Source of the DNA: Eledone cirrhosa
Taxonomy: Eukaryota
Assembly: GCA_964016885.1 (NCBI GenBank)
Contig: OZ024747.1
Span: 1,674,001 to 1,738,000, forward strand
Reading direction: 5' to 3'
DNA: 64,000 nt
The translations under genes and the position numbers were made by a program. Of the stretch, positions 53,201 to 64,000 are shown in pieces. The notes under the pieces were generated by a model. That model saw only the letters and a program-made list of their open reading frames with translations, ran no database searches and had not been told where the DNA came from. Each line of letters starts with the position of its first letter. The first letter of the stretch is position 1.

Positions 53201-53887
53201 TTTCTACCAAATATCTCCTATCCATATAATTATTAGTGTATTTTAGTACTTTTAATTGTTAAATTAATTTTTTATCTGAATATTAATTAGTAAATTTCTT
53301 ATAAAGCCAAAATATATTTTGTGAAAGATTTTAAATTCTGGTCATTAATGAAAATAGGAAAAACATTAAAATATATTTTACTTCTGTCTCTTTCTCACTC
53401 TCTCTCTTACTCTCATACCCTCTCTCTCTCTCCAGTTCTGCTGTTGAGATATCGAACCTTTTAACCAGAATGATGTATTTTAAAATTTACTTTCAATTTA
53501 TTTTGTACAAAATTTGATTCTGTCCCCTAAATCAACCTATTTCCAGATCTGTGTCGTTACCAAAGTGACAATACATGGAACAGGAGAAATCAACTTCCAC
53601 ACACACTGACAAGATCAAGAGGAGATAACAACATTGGATATCATTATCAACCTAATGTTAACACTTCCTGTGATCAGCAGCAAATACCTTTCACTATAAC
53701 TGGTACCACATCTAACATAACTGAACAACCATCTACAATTAAAAGTGACTTTACTTCAAAGAGTAAACCACCTCTACCAGCTGTACCTAAAGTAACAACA
53801 GTACCAAAGGTACCATCAATACCTCAGGTACCTTCTCTGACTATAGTAAAAAACTTACATAGCAGCTCTATGGAAACCCTGAATTAA
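50224..53887 (+). CDS. Protocadherin G7, ~965 aa; coding exons 50224-52629, 53029-53179, 53547-53887; last complete gene in the window
   Basis: Poly-T CAG acceptor at 50189, distinct signal-peptide start MLSIVLLLL, then the same architecture as G1-G6. Confidence 0.92.
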
Positions 53888-54961
53888 TATCTATGAAATC
53901 CTCATTAATCCATTATATTAACAAATATTATTGTCATAAGCCAGTCATTATCTAAACAGTGTAGAAAATATTAATGATATTATATTTTAGTATTAAAGAA
54001 AATTATTTAGTGAGAATCAATGTTAGGCTTCATACAGAACTGACATATTTTAAAATTTAGTATAGAGGTAGAGTGATATAGACATAGGTAGATACTAATG
54101 TTAAACTCTACAGTTATATAAAAATATATTTATGAAATATAACTCAGTAACATTGTAATATTTCATATATATTAACCCTGAATAGTTTCTAACAGTTGTC
54201 TCCCTTGGTTATAATAGTAATTCTAACGGATATTGTTTTGAAAATTAGTTTTTTTTTTTATTAATAAATTATCTAACATAAATATAACCACTAAATTTTC
54301 TATGATAGATATATAAATTGACTTTATTTATATTTTCCTCCATGTTAGGTATATATTTGATATAAATACTATTGGAGCAATGTAATATTTCACAATATTA
54401 CTGACATTTTAAACAATATTCAAAATATGTATATCCCGGTTTTAAAATAGGTACATATCCGTGTGTTATAAGTGGTTACTAAAGGTGTTAGGCCTGTATG
54501 GTGTTCTCATCCATAAAACACTACCTAAAAAATGGGATTAAAGGTGAGTATGATTAAAAGAATGTCATGGAAGCAACAAAGCTATCCAACACTTTAATAT
54601 GTTTGTCATTGCTCTAGAGTAATTATATTGTAGTAATTATATTTTAATAGATAAATATATTGTAGTTAATATTATTCCCAATCTGAAATTTAAGGAGCGA
54701 GACACACACAGACAAGACAAAACCTTTTTGTTTATATTTCAAATAATATGAAATTATATTAACATTACTAAACTTATATTTTTCCCACCAAATGTGCCTT
54801 AATACATAAATGTGTAAAAATATAATAATACGCAAACACGTGTATGTACACACACACATATGCATGTGTGTATTACTATAAACATCTTACCCAGATTTGT
54901 GCCTTAGGAAGTAATATTCTAGCTGCAAATTACTGGTCATTCGTGGCCAAAGGTGTCTTTA

Positions 54962-55008
<47 letters not shown>

Positions 55009-55349
55009 GTTATCAGGCATTTTTAGTATTATGTTTTTGTTTATTATGCTAATCTATTCACATAGTTTTAATCAGTTATTATCATTACCATACTGCTCGC
55101 ATTCTCAGACACCACTTCAACAATATCTTATAACTTTGATATTGTAAGTATTTGGCTGAGTCTCATAGAATGAGCTTTGTAAAATCCCTTGACATCATAT
55201 AAAATACTGGCATTCTTAAGCTCCTTATGAACAGTCAGATTTTTTTCAATATTTTCAGTAATTTTGTTATGATATTATTTATAAGCTGTTATATCTGGCA
55301 CTGACAAGTTAATATTTTTCTGTTTTGTGTATAATTACATATATTCCTG

Positions 55350-55400
55350 GACTGGGCGATAAATTATGTCCTGAGCAAGACACTTTATTTCAAGGTGCTC
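55350..55400 (+). mobile_element. SINE core fragment (duplicated at ~63698-63748)
   Basis: TCCTGAGCAAGACACTTTATTTCA matches the core of the SINE at 58701. Confidence 0.55.
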
Positions 55401-57913
55401 ATTCTGCTTGGATTTGCTACCGATAGATAGTTTTAGCAATTAGAAAGACCAGTGGAAACATTGTTTCTTTGGTTCGATTTGACAAGCTCCACCCTACTTA
55501 AGCGAATAATGCCTAGGATCTTGTTGATCAACTGTTTTACATATATGTGACTGTTCTATTTTTCCTGTGATTCTGTTATTTCAATATTTTTCTAGTTTGA
55601 AGCTGTTTACAACTGTTTTATTTCAGGTTATATTTGTTTTATGACCAACTATATTTCTTTTATCCTCAGCATTTACTTCCATTATTGTTCCATGACTGGC
55701 TCATCAAAACCAGAGCTTTATCTGCATTGTTTTCATGATGTTTAAGGACCAGATATGTTTCTTTATTAGCCACAGGGGCACAAAAGAAGGGGACAAATAC
55801 AAAGGGGGGAAGTTTACATACAATAAGTTGGGCGTTTTGTCCTTTCACATATATTGAGTCAAGTGTTGCTCATGGTATTTTATATTTTTAATTATATCTA
55901 AAGGGTTTACATCTTTAATCCATACAGAAAAGTTGTAAAGGTTGCTGTTGCCTTATAGAAATGAGTACTCAGCCCCATAGTAGAGATTAACAGTTTATTA
56001 AGACTGATCCAGTAGCCTGTTACTCTCAACTTTTCACTGTGTGCTACATCTACACATATATTGTAGTTCGAGACCAGGATATTTTTATGGCTCATTACTC
56101 TTGTCATATGGATTATATATATATAACTTATATACACCCACAAGTGGAGTATAATTTTATTTATTTTTTATTGATTGAAATGAATGAAAGTCAAATATGT
56201 AAATGTGTTTACATTTTTTTAAAAACTGTTTTTGAGCGGAAATTCAAAGCAAAAGTAAATAAAATGTTTAAAGGGAACTGAGCCCACATATTTTTTTATC
56301 AGTTTTCATGTGACTTTCTATGTGATAAAAAAAAAGAAAGAAAATTTCACTCTCTTCATAAAGTTTAAAATTCAAATCGACGCAAACTCATAAGTATTTG
56401 TGCCAACATTTTGGAACATTTTGCATGTTATTGTTATTTTTATATTTACAATTTTTTGCTTTTGTATGAAGATGAAAATAAAATCTAGCCATTATTGTTT
56501 GAACATTTAAGTATTTATAATCAAAATTATATAAGTTTTCAATATTTTACAACCATTTAAATATTTATAATCCAAATTATATAGCACTTTACAATATTTT
56601 AATCAAATATATATTAAGTTTTATATTATTGTTATTTTTGATAAACTATTAAATTGTAATATTAAAAAAGAAAATTACAATTTCAGAAAAGTTTTGTTTT
56701 ATCAACTAAATGTTAACCACTGCATATTTGATGTTTTATATTTTAACATTTACCACTTGTATGAAGAAAATACATATGCTCATACATGTATATATTTATG
56801 TATGAGTAACTAGGATTCATATATCCAGTTTTATTTTGGTTGGATGTACATTTAGGTTTGATATGTTTTACTTTGCATGTTCATAAACTATATTATATAT
56901 ACTTCGATCACAGAACATTCTTGTGATTCTGCATGACAAACTAAATATGGGTGTCTGTATATATGTACATATCTTTTTATAAATATGTATATTTGCGCGC
57001 ATGCATGTGTATATGTATGTGCCTATGATTGTATACATGTATGTGTGGAATTATATGCATACATTAATACATATATATCATTTTTGTATTTGTTTCACAA
57101 TATTCTTGTAATTTGGAGAGTCATTCTGGCTGTAATATTACATCATGTAACCAGGAAAACTGTAAACACCTTCCAAACCAGCACCAACAGTAACAAGAAG
57201 ATGCCTGCATTATATGTACTTTAGAAGGATCATAAATCCACCAATGATTCCATTTTTGGAACTAACTTTACTTTTCTGAGGCAATATCAACTATAGGCTG
57301 TCATTTCATCTCAATGATCATAGGCTTATTAGTTGAGGTGTCTCCAGCTGTTTGCAAGCAATGAAACCTCCTCTGCAGAATGAATTAATGTAACCTTACA
57401 GACGATCAGAAGCATCAATGTCATATCTGTCAATATTGATTTAGTCATAGAGAAGTGCATGGAGATGATTTGTGTGAGTAATATTGTATTTCACAATGCT
57501 GATACCAATGAACTGCAAAATCTCATGACCTCTTACACAAATACAACTCTGAGTCCTCCCCAGTAGGGAGCTGTGTACTCTGTCGCTTCACACCACAGGC
57601 CTGATGAGTCTTCAAGCACGGGACAGACTTTAGACAGATATACATATAAAGAAAACCAGTTGCATGTTGCTACTGAGATGTCCAATGTTGTCTGGAAATA
57701 AACATTGACAAACCAAAGAAGAATTAATCAACAAAAAAGCAATGAACTATAACCAGTGCCTGTGTTTTAATTGACAGAATGACTCTCCCAAAGTACATGT
57801 ATCAACATGATATATATTCATCATAAATACCACAAACATCTGCATACAACAGATAATTAAACAATCCATCACATATTTGATGTTATACAATTTAGTTTCA
57901 AATATATAGACAT

Positions 57914-58159
57914 TTCATATAAAAATGAGAAAACTCATCACTAGAACTGCCAAATGCTGTTCAAAGATAGCAATGGGTAAAAAAGGTCTGAGAGGACAGA
58001 GACCAGTGGTCAACAGAGAAACAATGCACGACACAGATGAAATATAGAAAAGATTGAAAGAGGAGGAAAATGAGAACTGTGACTAGAAGAAATATCAGTC
58101 TTGGATATCATTTGGCAGTTCTAATGTTATAGTGAAGAGTTTTCTCATTTTTATATGAA
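57914..58159. mobile_element. Inverted-repeat element (MITE-like) with ~50-60-bp arms
   Basis: TTCATATAAAAATGAGAAAACTCATCACTAGAACTGCCAAATG pairs with CATTTGGCAGTTCTA...AGTGAAGAGTTTTCTCATTTTTATATGAA. Confidence 0.6.
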
Positions 58160-58358
58160 TTAAATCTGACTTCATCTCAATCAGAGATAAGGTTTATTCA
58201 TTTTAACTGTTATTTTATTATTGTTGTCATTTTGTTTTATGTTGATATATTCTTATACAAATGAATAAATATCTAATTTGAATATTTTGATACTGTCTTC
58301 AGTCTTATCTTTGAAATATGTATTTTTATGTATGTACATATATGATATATATATATAT

Positions 58359-58477
58359 AGGTGGTGCTATTAAGTTAGACATGGCCTGGGCCAATACTGG
58401 CCGAAACCTATCAAAGTTATATATAACTTTCATAACTTTGATAGGTTTCGGCCATGTCTAAATTAATAGCACTACCT
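58359..58477. repeat. Long near-perfect palindrome (~120 nt)
   Basis: AGGTGGTGCTATTAAGTTAGACATGGCC pairs with GGCCATGTCTAAATTAATAGCACTACCT; inner TGGCCGAAACCTATCAAAGTTAT pairs with ATAACTTTGATAGGTTTCGGCCA. Confidence 0.85.
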
Positions 58478-58700
58478 GGCAAAGTCTTTCAAATCAGGAT
58501 TTGGGCACCATGGCCCATTCAAGTAGAGCTATTGTTTATGGAGGCATATCCAGGTGTGGGCGGTTTATCCGGGATTTCTTGAAGGAATTTGTCCAAAGAA
58601 TTCTTGAACTTGATGGGGTTTGTTTTGGTGTAATGTTAAAGAGAGCAGGGCCAATTGAATTGAAATTATTGTGCCATGTATGTATATAATATATATATAA

Positions 58701-59034
58701 AATGGCTTAGTGGTTAAAGCATTGGCCTTGCAATCGAAAGGTTGTGAGTTCAATTCTCAGACCGGGTGATGTGTTGTTTCCTTGAGCAAGACACTTTATT
58801 TCACATCGCTCCAGTTTACTCAGCTGTAGAAATGAGATGATAGGGACTGGGGTCCCTATCATTCCACTGCAAAGTGGTCGTAGAGATGCCACGGCAAAAA
58901 GCACCCAGCACTCACTGTAAATGAGGTTGGTGTTAGGAAGGGCATCCAGCTGTAGAAATCAAGCCAGCATCAGTTCCCGTCCCACCCTTGCAAGCAGGGA
59001 AAAAGCGGACGTAAAAATGAAATGATGATGATGA

Positions 59035-59037
<3 letters not shown>
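58701..59037 (+). mobile_element. tRNA-derived SINE with an RTE-like 3' tail
   Basis: A box TGGCTTAGTGG, B box GAGTTCAATTC, core TCCTTGAGCAAGACACTT, tail CCCACCCTTGCAAGCAGG...(ATG)n. Confidence 0.85.
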
Positions 59038-61706
<2,669 letters not shown>

Positions 61707-61709
61707 ATT

Positions 61710-63309
61710 AACATTAAAATATATTTTACTTCTGTCTCTTTCTCACTCTCTCTCTTACTCTCATACCCTCTCTCTCTCTCCAGTTCTGCTGTTGAGATAT
61801 CGAACCTTTTAACCAGAATGATGTATTTTAAAATTTACTTTCAATTTATTTTGTACAAAATTTGATTCTGTCCCCTAAATCAACCTATTTCCAGATCTGT
61901 GTCGTTACCAAAGTGACAATACATGGAACAGGAGAAATCAACTTCCACACACACTGACAAGATCAAGAGGAGATAACAACATTGGATATCATTATCAACC
62001 TAATGTTAACACTTCCTGTGATCAGCAGCAAATACCTTTCACTATAACTGGTACCACATCTAACATAACTGAACAACCATCTACAATTAAAAGTGACTTT
62101 ACTTCAAAGAGTAAACCACCTCTACCAGCTGTACCTAAAGTAACAACAGTACCAAAGGTACCATCAATACCTCAGGTACCTTCTCTGACTATAGTAAAAA
62201 ACTTACATAGCAGCTCTATGGAAACCCTGAATTAATATCTATGAAATCCTCATTAATCCATTATATTAACAAATATTATTGTCATAAGCCAGTCATTATC
62301 TAAACAGTGTAGAAAATATTAATGATATTATATTTTAGTATTAAAGAAAATTATTTAGTGAGAATCAATGTTAGGCTTCATACAGAACTGACATATTTTA
62401 AAATTTAGTATAGAGGTAGAGTGATATAGACATAGGTAGATACTAATGTTAAACTCTACAGTTATATAAAAATATATTTATGAAATATAACTCAGTAACA
62501 TTGTAATATTTCATATATATTAACCCTGAATAGTTTCTAACAGTTGTCTCCCTTGGTTATAATAGTAATTCTAACGGATATTGTTTTGAAAATTAGTTTT
62601 TTTTTTTATTAATAAATTATCTAACATAAATATAACCACTAAATTTTCTATGATAGATATATAAATTGACTTTATTTATATTTTCCTCCATGTTAGGTAT
62701 ATATTTGATATAAATACTATTGGAGCAATGTAATATTTCACAATATTACTGACATTTTAAACAATATTCAAAATATGTATATCCCGGTTTTAAAATAGGT
62801 ACATATCCGTGTGTTATAAGTGGTTACTAAAGGTGTTAGGCCTGTATGGTGTTCTCATCCATAAAACACTACCTAAAAAATGGGATTAAAGGTGAGTATG
62901 ATTAAAAGAATGTCATGGAAGCAACAAAGCTATCCAACACTTTAATATGTTTGTCATTGCTCTAGAGTAATTATATTGTAGTAATTATATTTTAATAGAT
63001 AAATATATTGTAGTTAATATTATTCCCAATCTGAAATTTAAGGAGCGAGACACACACAGACAAGACAAAACCTTTTTGTTTATATTTCAAATAATATGAA
63101 ATTATATTAACATTACTAAACTTATATTTTTCCCACCAAATGTGCCTTAATACATAAATGTGTAAAAATATAATAATACGCAAACACGTGTATGTACACA
63201 CACACATATGCATGTGTGTATTACTATAAACATCTTACCCAGATTTGTGCCTTAGGAAGTAATATTCTAGCTGCAAATTACTGGTCATTCGTGGCCAAAG
63301 GTGTCTTTA

Positions 63310-63356
<47 letters not shown>

Positions 63357-64000
63357 GTTATCAGGCATTTTTAGTATTATGTTTTTGTTTATTATGCTAA
63401 TCTATTCACATAGTTTTAATCAGTTATTATCATTACCATACTGCTCGCATTCTCAGACACCACTTCAACAATATCTTATAACTTTGATATTGTAAGTATT
63501 TGGCTGAGTCTCATAGAATGAGCTTTGTAAAATCCCTTGACATCATATAAAATACTGGCATTCTTAAGCTCCTTATGAACAGTCAGATTTTTTTCAATAT
63601 TTTCAGTAATTTTGTTATGATATTATTTATAAGCTGTTATATCTGGCACTGACAAGTTAATATTTTTCTGTTTTGTGTATAATTACATATATTCCTGGAC
63701 TGGGCGATAAATTATGTCCTGAGCAAGACACTTTATTTCAAGGTGCTCATTCTGCTTGGATTTGCTACCGATAGATAGTTTTAGCAATTAGAAAGACCAG
63801 TGGAAACATTGTTTCTTTGGTTCGATTTGACAAGCTCCACCCTACTTAAGCGAATAATGCCTAGGATCTTGTTGATCAACTGTTTTACATATATGTGACT
63901 GTTCTATTTTTCCTGTGATTCTGTTATTTCAATATTTTTCTAGTTTGAAGCTGTTTACAACTGTTTTATTTCAGGTTATATTTGTTTTATGACCAACTAT
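61710..64000 (+). repeat. Apparently identical duplicate of 53362-55652 (offset 8348), including an orphan copy of the G7 terminal exon at 61895-62235
   Basis: Identical ORF-track peptides at +8348; carries the G7-specific ACAATTAAAAGT variant; no upstream exons. Confidence 0.92.

Noticed and set aside
3273-53887. Vertebrate-style variable exons spliced to one shared constant region; PCDHA/B/G symbols
   Set aside because: Each gene has its own cytoplasmic exons, and orthology to vertebrate genes cannot be supported. Cross-gene splicing would be hard to detect and is not evidenced.
57598-57640. Hammerhead ribozyme core (CTGATGAG)
   Set aside because: No correctly placed GAAA or supporting stems.
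58701-58760. tRNA gene
   Set aside because: A and B boxes continue into a SINE core and LINE-like tail; no proper acceptor stem.

Overview
AT-rich animal genomic DNA, most likely a coleoid cephalopod such as an octopus (inferred from the protocadherin type and repeat content). Bases ~1-54,000 are a head-to-tail array of seven complete protocadherin genes (G1-G7, + strand, 6.4-8.8 kb apart), plus the 3' tail of an upstream copy. Each gene has its own near-identical ~210-bp promoter/non-coding exon 1, one ~2.4-kb exon (signal peptide, six cadherin repeats, TM, juxtamembrane), a 151-bp exon and a 341-bp terminal exon, giving ~965-969 aa. G4 is frameshifted. The main pattern: EC1, EC4-EC6, TM and cytoplasmic exons are almost identical across genes, while a ~600-bp EC2-EC3 window is hypervariable and is a patchwork of blocks shared by changing subsets of paralogs. 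This is a candidate recombination-generated cell-recognition code. G1-G5 are followed by an 81-bp (27-codon) minisatellite (about 2.4, 4, 8, 5 and 16 copies). It derives from the last exon and has an in-frame splice acceptor, so it is a candidate variable-length alternative cytoplasmic tail. Introns carry a non-autonomous Helitron (G2, G4, G5), RTE LINE fragments and MITEs. Beyond the cluster lie inverted-repeat elements, a tRNA-derived SINE with an RTE-like tail, a 2.7-kb (TA)n array and an apparently identical duplicate of the G7 3' end. All alignments were done by eye.
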